This document shows, one piece after another, positions 40,501 through 54,700 of a DNA stretch of 64,000 nt. Location: the NCBI RefSeq assembly GCF_039654945.1, contig NW_027361688.1, forward strand, positions 1,240,001 through 1,304,000. Reading direction: 5' to 3'. The translations under genes and the position numbers were made by a program. This DNA comes from Dendrobates tinctorius (taxonomy: Eukaryota). The notes below the pieces were generated by a model. That model saw only the letters and a program-made list of their open reading frames with translations, had not been told where the DNA came from and searched no databases. Position 1 is the stretch's first letter. The number at the start of each line of letters is the position of its first letter.

Positions 40501-42130
40501 CATGTGGTGCTGTATATCGCCATATAGTGTCACCCCCCATGTGGTGCTGTATATCGCCATATAGTGTCACCCCCCATGTGGTGCTGTATATCGCCATATA
40601 GTGTCACCCCCCATGTGGTGCTGTATATCGCCATATAGTGTCACCCTCCATGTGGTGCTGTATATCGCCATATAGTGTCACCCCCATGTGGTGCTGTATA
40701 TCGCCATATAGTGTCACCCCCCATGTGGTGCTGTATATCGCCATATAGTGTCACCCCCCCATGTGGTGCTGTATATCGCCATATAGTGTCACCCTCCATG
40801 TGGTGCTGTATATCGCCATATAGTGTCACCCTCCATGTGGTGCTGTATATCGCCATATAGTGTCACCCTCCATGTGGTGCTGTATATCGCCATATAGTGT
40901 CACCCTCCATGTGGTGCTGTATATCGCCATATAGTGTCACCCCCCTATGTGGTGCTGTATATCGCCATATAGTGTCACCCTCCATGTGGTGCTGTATATC
41001 GCCATATAGTGTCACCCCCCATGTGGTGCTGTATATCGCCATATAGTGTCACCCCCCATGTGGTGCTGTATATCGCCATATAGTGTCACCCCCCATGTGG
41101 TGCTGTATATCGCCATATAGTGTCACCCCCCATGTGGTGCTGTATATCGCCATAGTGTCACCCTCCATGTGGTGCTGTATATCGCCATATAGTGTCACCC
41201 CCATGTGGTGCTGTATATCGCCATATAGTGTCACCCCCCATGTGGTGCTGTATATCGCCATATAGTGTCACCCCCCCATGTGGTGCTGTATATCGCCATA
41301 TAGTGTCACCCTCCATGTGGTGCTGTATATCGCCATATAGTGTCACCCTCCATGTGGTGCTGTATATCGCCATATAGTGTCACCCTCCATGTGGTGCTGT
41401 ATATCGCCATATAGTGTCACCCCCCTATGTGGTGCTGTATATCGCCATATAGTGTCACCCTCCATGTGGTGCTGTATATCGCCATATAGTGTCACCCCCC
41501 ATGTGGTGCTGTATATCGCCATATAGTGTCACCCCCCATGTGGTGCTGTATATCGCCATATAGTGTCACCCCCCATGTGGTGCTGTATATCGCCATATAG
41601 TGTCACCCCCCATGTGGTGCTGTATATCGCCATAGTGTCACCCTCCATGTGGTGCTGTATATCGCCATATAGTGTCACCCCCATGTGGTGCTGTATATCG
41701 CCATATAGTGTCACCCCCCATGTGGTGCTGTATATCGCCATATAGTGTCACCCCCCCATGTGGTGCTGTATATCGCCATATAGTGTCACCCTCCATGTGG
41801 TGCTGTATATCGCCATATAGTGTCACCCTCCATGTGGTGCTGTATATCGCCATATAGTGTCACCCCCCATGTGGTGCTGTATATCGCCATATAGTGTCAC
41901 CCCCCCATGTGGTGCTGTATATCGCCATATAGTGTCACCCTCCATGTGGTGCTGTATATCGCCATATAGTGTCACCCTCCATGTGGTGCTGTATATCGCC
42001 ATATAGTGTCACCCTCCATGTGGTGCTGTATATCGCCATATAGTGTCACCCCCCATGTGGTGCTGTATATCGCCATATAGTGTCACCCTCCATGTGGTGC
42101 TGTATATCGCCATATAGTGTCACCCTCCAT
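37590..42130. repeat. 37-bp satellite, ~120 copies
   Basis: Unit GTGTCACCCCCCATGTGGTGCTGTATATCGCCATATA with variable C-run. Confidence 0.98.
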
Positions 42131-42287
42131 CCATAGTGCTGGATACAGGATATCACGCCTTATACACTGAATATCGGGCTGTATTCCTCCTTATGATGCG
42201 GTCTGTGCCCAAATACTACAATACTCCCTCCATATAGTGCTGTATACGGCCACATAGCGCATTATGTTTCCCTCCACACAGCGCTGA

Positions 42288-42700
42288 GCACCACGTGTTA
42301 CACTGAGAACAAACAGCGCGAGAAACTAACAGCCGTTGGGCGGGAATTTCATATTCAGTGCTCAGCCAATCAGCACTCAGTACGGCTATGGCTCCGCCCT
42401 CAGGGTCACTTCCCCGCAGACACTCAGAGTTAACCCTTCAGTGGTCGGTGTTTCCGGCTCCCGTAGAGCAGACTGCAGCCATCCGGGCACAGCGCGGTCA
42501 CCAGCCCCTCCCCCAGCAGCAGGAGCTGCGGCTTCTCCTCACATGTGGGCGGAGCACAGAGCTGTTGGGGGTTTTGAATTTCCCGCACTTTTTCCTGTCA
42601 TTTTCCCGCTTTTATCTCCAGGACGTTTCACTAGTCACAGAGCAATGGCGGCGTGAGACCAGAGAAATCACTGAGATTATCACTTGTCAGGGGAGCAAAG
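42288..42700. other. Paralog of the H4 flanking regions with no H4 coding sequence
   Basis: 42288-42572 aligns with ~29596-29880; 42572-42620 aligns with ~30399-30440. Confidence 0.7.
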
Positions 42701-42704
42701 GGTG

Positions 42705-45700
42705 ATATCCTGCTGTATACCCCCATATAGTGCTATATACCTCCATATGCTGCTGCGTACCCCCATATAGTGCTATATACCCTCCATATCCTGCTGTATA
42801 CCCCATATAGTGCTATATACTCTCCATATCCTGCTGCATACCCCCATATAGTGCTATATACCCTCCATATCCAGCTATATACCCCCATATAGTGCTATAT
42901 ACCCTCCATATCCTGCTGTATACCCCCATATAGTGCTATATACCCTCCATATCCTGCTGTATACCCCCATATAGTGCTATATACCCTCCATATCCAGCTA
43001 TATACCCCAATATAGTGCTATATACCCTCCATATCCTGCTGTATACCCCCATATAGTGCTATATACCCTCCATATCCTGCTGCATACCCCCATATAGTGC
43101 TATATACCCTCCATATCCAGCTATATACCCCCATATAGTGCTATATACCCTCCATATCCTGCTGTATACCCCCATATAGTGCTATATACCCTCCATATCC
43201 TGCTGTATACCCCCATATAGTGCTATATACCCTCCATATCCAGCTATATACCCCCATATAGTGCTATACACCCTCCATATCCTGCTGTATACCCCATATA
43301 GTGCTATATACCCTCCATATCTTGCTGTATACCCCCATATCCTGCTGTATACCCCATATAGTGCTATATACCATCCATATCCTGCTTAATACCCCCATAT
43401 AGTGCTATATACCATCCATATCCTGCTGTATACCCCATATAGTGCTATATACCATCCATATCCTGCTTAATACCCCCATATAGTGCTATATACCTCCATA
43501 TCCTGCTGTATACCCCCATATAGTGCTATATACCCTCCATATCCTGCTGTATACCCCCATATAGTGCTATATACTCTCCATATCCTGCTGTATACCCCAT
43601 ATAGTGCTATATACCTCCATATCCTGCTGTATACCCCATATAGTGCTATATACCCTCCATATCTTGCTGTATACCCCCATATCCTGCTGTATACCCCATA
43701 TAGTGCTATATACCATCCATATCCTGCTTAATACCCCCATATAGTGCTATATACCTCCATATCCTGCTGCATACCCCATATAGTGCTATATACCCTCCAT
43801 ATCCTGCTGTATACCCCATATAGTGCTATATACCCTCCATATCCTGCTTAATACCCCCATATAGTGCTATATCCCCTCCATATCCTGCTGCATACCCCCA
43901 TATAGTGCTATATACCCTCCATATCCTGCTGTATACCCCCATATAGTGCTATATACCCTCCATATCCTGCTGTATACCCCATATAGTGCTATATACCCTC
44001 CATATCCTGCTTAATACCCCCATATAGTGCTATATCCCCTCCATATCCTGCTGTATACCCCCATATAGTGCTATATACCCTCCATATCCTGCTGTATACC
44101 CCCTTATAGCGCTATATACCCTCCATATCCTGCTGCATACCCCCATATAGTACTATATACCCTCCATATCCTGCTGTAAACCCCATGTAGTGCTATATAC
44201 CCTCCATATCCTGCTGTATACCCCCATATACTGCTATACACCCTCCATATCCTGCTGTATACCCCCATATGTTGCTATATACCCTCCATATCCTGCTGTA
44301 TACCCCCATATAGTGCTATATACCCTCCATATCCAGCTATATACCCCCATATATTGCTATATACCCTCCATATCCTGCTGTATACCTCCATATTGTGCTA
44401 TATACACTCCATATCCTGCTGTATACCCCCATATAGTGCTATATACCCTCCATGTCCTGCTGTATACCTCCATATAGTGCTATATACCCTCCATATCCAG
44501 CTGTATACCCCCATATAGTGCTATATACTCTCCATATCCTGCTGCATACCCCCATATAGTGCTATACACCCTCCATATCCAGCTATATACCCCCATATAT
44601 TGCTATATACCCTCCATATCCTGCTGTATACCCCCATATAGTGCTATATACCCTCCATATCTTGCTGTATACCTCCATATAGTGCTATATACTCTCCATA
44701 TCCTGCTGCATACCCCCATATAGTGCTATACACCCTCCATATCAAGCTATATACCCCCATATGTTGCTATATACTCTCCATATCCTGCTGTATACCCCCA
44801 TATAGTGCTATATACCCTCCATATCCTGCTGTATACCTCCATATAGTGCTATATACCCTCCATATCCAGCTGTATACCTCCATATAGTGCTATATACTCT
44901 CCATATCCTGCTGCATACCCCCATATAGTGCTATATACCCTCCATATCCAGCTATATACCCCCATATATTGCTATATACCCTCCATATCCTGCTGCATAC
45001 CCCCATATAGTGCTATATACCCTCCATATCCTACTGTATACCCCCATATAGTACTATATACCCTCCATATCCTGCTGTAAACCCCATGTAGTGCTATATA
45101 CCCTCCATATCCTGCTGTATACCCCCATATAGTGCTATACACCCTCCATATCCTGCTGTATACCCCCATATGTTGCTATATACCCTCCATATCCTGCTGT
45201 ATACCCCCATATAGTGCTATATACCCTCCATATCCAGCTATATACCCCCATATATTGCTATATACCCTCCATATCCTGCTGTATACCTCCATATTGTGCT
45301 ATATACACTCCATATCCTGCTGTATACCCCATATAGTGCTATATACCCTCCATATCTTGCTGTATACCCCCATATCCTGCTGTATACCCCATATAGTGCT
45401 ATATACCATCCATATCCTGCTTAATACCCCCATATAGTGCTATATACCTCCATATCCTGCTGCATACCCCATATAGTGCTATATACCCTCCATATCCTGC
45501 TGTATACCCCATATAGTGCTATATACCCTCCATATCCTGCTTAATACCCCCATATAGTGCTATATCCCCTCCATATCCTGCTGCATACCCCCATATAGTG
45601 CTATATACCCTCCATATCCTGCTGTATACCCCCATATAGTGCTATATACCCTCCATATCCTGCTGTATACCCCATATAGTGCTATATACCCTCCATATCC

Positions 45701-48700
45701 TGCTTAATACCCCCATATAGTGCTATATCCCCTCCATATCCTGCTGTATACCCCCATATAGTGCTATATACCCTCCATATCCTGCTGTATACCCCCTTAT
45801 AGCGCTATATACCCTCCATATCCTGCTGCATACCCCCATATAGTACTATATACCCTCCATATCCTGCTGTAAACCCCATGTAGTGCTATATACCCTCCAT
45901 ATCCTGCTGTATACCCCCATATACTGCTATACACCCTCCATATCCTGCTGTATACCCCCATATGTTGCTATATACCCTCCATATCCTGCTGTCTACCCCC
46001 ATATAGTGCTATATACCCTCCATATCCAGCTATATACCCCCATATATTGCTATATACCCTCCATATCCTGCTGTATACCTCCATATTGTGCTATATACAC
46101 TCCATATCCTGCTGTATACCCCCATATAGTGCTATATACCCTCCATGTCCTGCTGTATACCTCCATATAGTGCTATATACCCTCCATATCCAGCTGTATA
46201 CCCCCATATAGTGCTATATACTCTCCATATCCTGCTGCATACCCCCATATAGTGCTATACACCCTCCATATCCAGCTATATACCCCCATATATTGCTATA
46301 TACCCTCCATATCCTGCTGTATACCCCCATATAGTGCTATATACCCTCCATATCTTGCTGTATACCTCCATATAGTGCTATATACTCTCCATATCCTGCT
46401 GCATACCCCCATATAGTGCTATACACCCTCCATATCAAGCTATATACCCCCATATGTTGCTATATACTCTCCATATCCTGCTGTATACCCCCATATAGTG
46501 CTATATACCCTCCATATCCTGCTGTATACCTCCATATAGTGCTATATACCCTCCATATCCAGCTGTATACCTCCATATAGTGCTATATACTCTCCATATC
46601 CTGCTGCATACCCCCATATAGTGCTATATACCCTCCATATCCAGCTATATACCCCCATATATTGCTATATACCCTCCATATCCTGCTGCATACCCCCATA
46701 TAGTGCTATATACCCTCCATATCCTGCTGTATACCCCCATATAGTACTATATACCCTCCATATCCTGCTGTAAACCCCATGTAGTGCTATATACCCTCCA
46801 TATCCTGCTGTATACCCCCATATAGTGCTATACACCCTCCATATCCTGCTGTATACCCCCATATGTTGCTATATACCCTCCATATCCTGCTGTATACCCC
46901 CATATAGTGCTATATACCCTCCATATCCAGCTATATACCCCCATATATTGCTATATACCCTCCATATCCTGCTGTATACCTCCATATTGTGCTATATACA
47001 CTCCATATCCTGCTGTATACCCCAATATAGTGCTATATACCCTCCATGTCCTGCTGTATACCTCCATATAGTGCTATATACCCTCCATATCCAGCTGTAT
47101 ACCCCCATATAGTGCTATATACTCTCCATATCCTGCTGCATACCCCCATATAGTGCTATACACCCTCCATATCCAGCTATATACCCCCATATATTGCTAT
47201 ATACCCTCCATATCCTGCTGTATACCCACATATAGTGCTATATACCCTCCATATCTTGCTGTATACCTCCATATAGTGCTATATACTCTCCATATCCTGC
47301 TGCATACCCCCATATAGTGCTATACACCCTCCATATCAAGCTATATACCCCCATATGTTGCTATATACTCTCCATATCCTGCTGTATACCCCCATATAGT
47401 GCTATATACCCTCCATATCCTGCTGTATACCTCCATATAGTGCTATATACCCTCCATATCCAGCTGTATACCTCCATATAGTGCTATATACTCTCCATAT
47501 CCTGCTGCATACCCCCATATAGTGCTATATACCCTCCATATCCAGCTATATACCCCCATATATTGCTATATACTCTCCATATCCTGCTGTATACCCCCAT
47601 ATAGTGCTATATACCCTCCATATCCTGCTGTATACCTCCATATAGTGCTATATACCCTCCATATCCAGCTGTATACCCCCATATAGTGCTATATACTCTC
47701 CATATCCTGCTGCATACCCCCATATAGTGCTATATACCCTCCATATCCAGCTATATACCCCCATATATTGCTATATACCCTCCATATCCTTCTGTATACC
47801 CCCATATAGTGCTATATACCCTCCATATCCAGCTATATACCCCCATATAGTGCTATATACCCCCATATAGTGCTATATACCCTCCATATCCAGCTGTATA
47901 CCCCCATATAGTGCTATGTACCTCCATATCCTGCTATATACCCTCCATATCCTGCTGTATACCTCCTTATAGTGCTATATACCCTTCATATCCAGCTATA
48001 TACCCCCATATAGTGCTATATACTCTCCATATCCTGCTGCATACCCCCATATAGTGCTATATACCCTCCATATCCAGCTATGTACCCCAATATATTGCTA
48101 TATACCCTCCATATCCTGCTATATACCCTCCATATCCAGCTATATACCCCCATATAGTGCTATATACCCCCATATAGTGCTATATACCCCCATATAGTGC
48201 TATATACCCCCATATAGTGCTATATACCCTCCATATCCAGCTGTATACCCCCATATAGTGCTATATACATCCATATCCTGCTGTATACCCCCATATAGTG
48301 CTATATACCTCCATATCCTGCTGTATACCCCCATATAGCGCTATATACCTCTATATCCTGCTGTATACCCCCATATAGTGCTATATACCCTCCATATGCT
48401 GCTGTATACCCCATATGATGCTATATACAATCCATATCCTGCTGTATACCCCCATATAGTGCTATATACCCTCCATATCCTGCTGTATACCCCCATATAG
48501 TGCAACATACCCTCCATCTCCTGCTGCATACCCCCATATAGTGCTATATACCCTCCATATCCAGCTATATACCCCCATATAATGCTATACACCCTCCATA
48601 TCCTGCTGTATACCCCATATAGTGCTATATACCCTCCATTTCTTGCTGTATACCCCCATATCCTGCTGTATACCCCATATAGTGCTATATACCATCCATA

Positions 48701-51700
48701 TCCTGCTTAATACCCCCATATAGTGCTATATACCCTCCATATCCTGCTGCATACCCCCATATAGTGCTATATACCCTCCATATCCTGCTGCATACCCCCA
48801 TATAGTGCTATATACCCTCCATATCCTGCTGTATACCCCATATAGTGCTATATACCCTCCATATCCTGCTTAATACCCCCATATAGTGCTATATCCCCTC
48901 CATATCCTGCTGCATACCCCCATATAGTGCTATATACCCTCCATATCCTGCTGTATACCCCCATATAGTGCTATATACCCTCCATATCCTGCTGTATACC
49001 CCATATAGTGCTATATACCCTCCATATCCTGCTTAATACACCCATATAGTGCTATATCCCCTCCATATCCTGCTGTATACCCCCATATAGTGCTATATAC
49101 CCTCCATATCCTGCTGTATACCCCCTTATAGCGCTATATACCCTCCATATCCTGCTGCATACCCCCATATAGTGCTATATACCCTCCATATCCTGCTGTA
49201 AACCCCCATATAGTGCTATATACCCTCCATATCCTGCTGTATACCCCCATATAGTGCTATACACCCTCCATATCCAGCTATATACCCCCATATGTTGCTA
49301 TATACCCTCCATATCCTGCTGTATACCCCCATATAGTGCTATATACCCTCCATATCCAGCTATATACCCCCATATATTGCTATATACCCTCCATATCCTG
49401 CTGTATACCTCCATATTGTGCTATATACACTCCATATCCTGCTGTATACCCCCATATAGTGCTATATACCCTCCATGTCCTGCTGTATACCTCCATATAG
49501 TGCTATATACCCTCCATATCCAGCTGTATACCCCCATATAGTGCTATATACTCTCCATATCCTGCTGCATACCCCCATATAGTGCTATACACCCTCCATA
49601 TCCAGCTATATACCCCCATATATTGCTATATACCCTCTATATCCTGCTGTATACCCCCATATAGTGCTATATACCCTCCATATCTTGCTGTATACCTCCA
49701 TATAGTGCTATATACTCTCCATATCCTGCTGCATACCCCCATATAGTGCTATACACCCTCCATATCCAGCTATATACCCCCATATAGTGCTATACACCCT
49801 CCATATCAAGCTATATACCCCCATATATTGCTATATACCCTCCATATCCAGCTATATACCCCCATATATTGCTATATACTCAACATATCCTGCTGTATAC
49901 CCCCATATAGTGCTATATACCCTCCATATCCAGCTATATACCCCCATATAGTGCTATATACCCCCATATAGTGCTATATACCCTCCATATCCAGCTGTAT
50001 ACCCCCATATAGTGCTATATACCTCCATATCCTGCTGTATACCCCCATATAGTGCTATATACCCTCCATATCCTGCTGTATACCTCCATATAGTGCTATA
50101 TACCCTCCATATCCGGCTATATACCCCCATATAGTGCTATATACTCTCCATATCCTGCTGCATACCCCCATATAGTGCTATATACCCTCCATATCCGGCT
50201 ATATACCCCCATATAGTGCTATATACCCTCCATATCCTGCTGTATACCCCCATATAGTGCAACATACCCTCCATCTCCTGCTGCATACCCCCATATAGTG
50301 CTATATACCCTCCATATCCAGCTATATACCCCCATATAGTGCTATACACCCTCCATATCCTGCTGTATACCCCATATAGTGCTATATACCCTCCATATCT
50401 TGCTGTATACCCCCATATCCTGCTGTATACCCCATATAGTGCTATATACCATCCATATCCTGCTTAATACCCCCATATAGTGCTATATACCCTCCATATC
50501 CTGCTGGATACCCCCATATAGTGCTATATACCCTCCATATCCTGCTGCATACCCCCATATAGTGCTATATACCCTCCATATCCTGCTGTATACCCCATAT
50601 AGTGCTATATACCCTCCATATCCTGCTTAATACCCCCATATAGTGCTATATCCCCTCCATATCCTGCTGCATACCCCCATATAGTGCTATATACCCTCCA
50701 TATCTTGCTGTATACCCCCATATCCTGCTGTATACCCCATATAGTGCTATATACCATCCATATCCTGCTTAATACCCCCATATAGTGCTATATACCCTCC
50801 ATATCCTGCTGCATACCCCCATATAGTGCTATATACCCTCCATATCCTGCTGCATACCCCCATATAGTGCTATATACCCTCCATATCCTGCTGTATACCC
50901 CATATAGTGCTATATACCCTCCATATCCTGCTTAATACCCCCATATAGTGCTATATCCCCTCCATATCCTGCTGCATACCCCCATATAGTGCTATATACC
51001 CTCCATATCCTGCTGTATACCCCCATATAGTGCTATATACCCTCCATATCCTGCTGTATACCCCATATAGTGCTATATACCCTCCATATCCTGCTTAATA
51101 CACCCATATAGTGCTATATCCCCTCCATATCCTGCTGTATACCCCCATATAGTGCTATATACCCTCCATATCCTGCTGTATACCCCCTTATAGCGCTATA
51201 TACCCTCCATATCCTGCTGCATACCCCCATATAGTGCTATATACCCTCCATATCCTGCTGTAAACCCCCATATAGTGCTATATACCCTCCATATCCTGCT
51301 GTATACCCCCATATAGTGCTATACACCCTCCATATCCAGCTATATACCCCCATATGTTGCTATATACCCTCCATATCCTGCTGTATACCCCCATATAGTG
51401 CTATATACCCTCCATATCCAGCTATATACCCCCATATATTGCTATATACCCTCCATATCCTGCTGTATACCTCCATATTGTGCTATATACACTCCATATC
51501 CTGCTGTATACCCCCATATAGTGCTATATACCCTCCATGTCCTGCTGTATACCTCCATATAGTGCTATATACCCTCCATATCCAGCTGTATACCCCCATA
51601 TAGTGCTATATACTCTCCATATCCTGCTGCATACCCCCATATAGTGCTATACACCCTCCATATCCAGCTATATACCCCCATATATTGCTATATACCCTCT

Positions 51701-54700
51701 ATATCCTGCTGTATACCCCCATATAGTGCTATATACCCTCCATATCTTGCTGTATACCTCCATATAGTGCTATATACTCTCCATATCCTGCTGCATACCC
51801 CCATATAGTGCTATACACCCTCCATATCCAGCTATATACCCCCATATAGTGCTATACACCCTCCATATCAAGCTATATACCCCCATATATTGCTATATAC
51901 CCTCCATATCCAGCTATATACCCCCATATATTGCTATATACTCTCCATATCCTGCTGTATACCCCCATATAGTGCTATATACCCTCCATATCCAGCTATA
52001 TACCCCCATATAGTGCTATATACCCCCATATAGTGCTATATACCCTCCATATCCAGCTGTATACCCCCATATAGTGCTATATACCTCCATATCCTGCTGT
52101 ATACCCCCATATAGTGCTATATACCCTCCATATCCTGCTGTATACCTCCATATAGTGCTATATACCCTCCATATCCGGCTATATACCCCCATATAGTGCT
52201 ATATACTCTCCATATCCTGCTGCATACCCCCATATAGTGCTATATACCCTCCATATCCGGCTATATACCCCCATATAGTGCTATATACCCTCCATATCCT
52301 GCTGTATACCCCCATATAGTGCAACATACCCTCCATCTCCTGCTGCATACCCCCATATAGTGCTATATACCCTCCATATCCAGCTATATACCCCCATATA
52401 GTGCTATACACCCTCCATATCCTGCTGTATACCCCATATAGTGCTATATACCCTCCATATCTTGCTGTATACCCCCATATCCTGCTGTATACCCCATATA
52501 GTGCTATATACCATCCATATCCTGCTTAATACCCCCATATAGTGCTATATACCCTCCATATCCTGCTGCATACCCCCATATAGTGCTATATACCCTCCAT
52601 ATCCTGCTGCATACCCCCATATAGTGCTATATACCCTCCATATCCTGCTGTATACCCCATATAGTGCTATATACCCTCCATATCCTGCTTAATACCCCCA
52701 TATAGTGCTATATCCCCTCCATATCCTGCTGCATACCCCCATGTAGTGCTATATACCCTCCATATCCTGCTGTATACCCCCATATAGTGCTATATACCCT
52801 CCATATCCTGCTGTATACCCCATATAGTGCTATATACCCTCCATATCCTGCTTAATACACCCATATAGTGCTATATCCCCTCCATATCCTGCTGTATACC
52901 CCCATATAGTGCTATATACCCTCCATATCCTGCTGTATACCCCCTTATAGCGCTATATACCCTCCATATCCTGCTGCATACCCCCATATAGTGCTATATA
53001 CCCTCCATATCCTGCTGTAAACCCCCATATAGTGCTATATACCCTCCATATCCTGCTGTATACCCCCATATAGTGCTATACACCCTCCATATCCAGCTAT
53101 ATACCCCCATATGTTGCTATATACCCTCCATATCCTGCTGTATACCCCCATATAGTGCTATATACTCTCCATATCCAGCTATATACCCCCATATATTGCT
53201 ATATACCCTCCATATCCTGCTGTATACCTCCATATTGTGCTATATACACTCCATATCCTGCTGTATACCCCCATATAGTGCTATATACCCTCCATGTCCT
53301 GCTGTATACCTCCATATAGTGCTATATACCCTCCATATCCAGCTGTATACCCCCATATAGTGCTATATACTCTCCATATCCTGCTGCATACCCCCATATA
53401 GTGCTATACACCCTCCATATCCAGCTATATACCCCCATATATTGCTATATACCCTCTATATCCTGCTGTATACCCCCATATAGTGCTATATACCCTCCAT
53501 ATCTTGCTGTATACCTCCATATAGTGCTATATACTCTCCATATCCTGCTGCATACCCCCATATAGTGCTATACACCCTCCATATCCAGCTATATACCCCC
53601 ATATAGTGCTATACACCCTCCATATCAAGCTATATACCCCCATATATTGCTATATACCCTCCATATCCAGCTATATACCCCCATATATTGCTATATACTC
53701 TCCATATCCTGCTGTATACCCCCATATAGTGCTATATACCCTCCATATCCAGCTATATACCCCCATATAGTGCTATATACCCCCATATAGTGCTATATAC
53801 CCTCCATATCCAGCTGTATACCCCCATATAGTGCTATATACCTCCATATCCTGCTGTATACCCCCATATAGTGCTATATACCCTCCATATCCTGCTGTAT
53901 ACCTCCATATAGTGCTATATACCCTCCATATCCGGCTATATACCCCCATATAGTGCTATATACTCTCCATATCCTGCTGCATACCCCCATATAGTGCTAT
54001 ATACCCTCCATATCCGGCTATATACCCCCATATAGTGCTATATACCCTCCATATCCTGCTGTATACCCCCATATAGTGCAACATACCCTCCATCTCCTGC
54101 TGCATACCCCCATATAGTGCTATATACCCTCCATATCCAGCTATATACCCCCATATAGTGCTATACACCCTCCATATCCTGCTGTATACCCCATATAGTG
54201 CTATATACCCTCCATATCTTGCTGTATACCCCCATATCCTGCTGTATACCCCATATAGTGCTATATACCATCCATATCCTGCTTAATACCCCCATATAGT
54301 GCTATATACCCTCCATATCCTGCTGCATACCCCCATATAGTGCTATATACCCTCCATATCCTGCTGCATACCCCCATATAGTGCTATATACCCTCCATAT
54401 CCTGCTGTATACCCCATATAGTGCTATATACCCTCCATATCCTGCTTAATACCCCCATATAGTGCTATATCCCCTCCATATCCTGCTGCATACCCCCATA
54501 TAGTGCTATATACCCTCCATATCCTGCTGTATACCCCCATATAGTGCTATATACCCTCCATATCCTGCTGTATACCCCATATAGTGCTATATACCCTCCA
54601 TATCCTGCTTAATACACCCATATAGTGCTATATCCCCTCCATATCCTGCTGTATACCCCCATATGGTGCTATATACCCTCCATATCCTGCTGTATACCCC

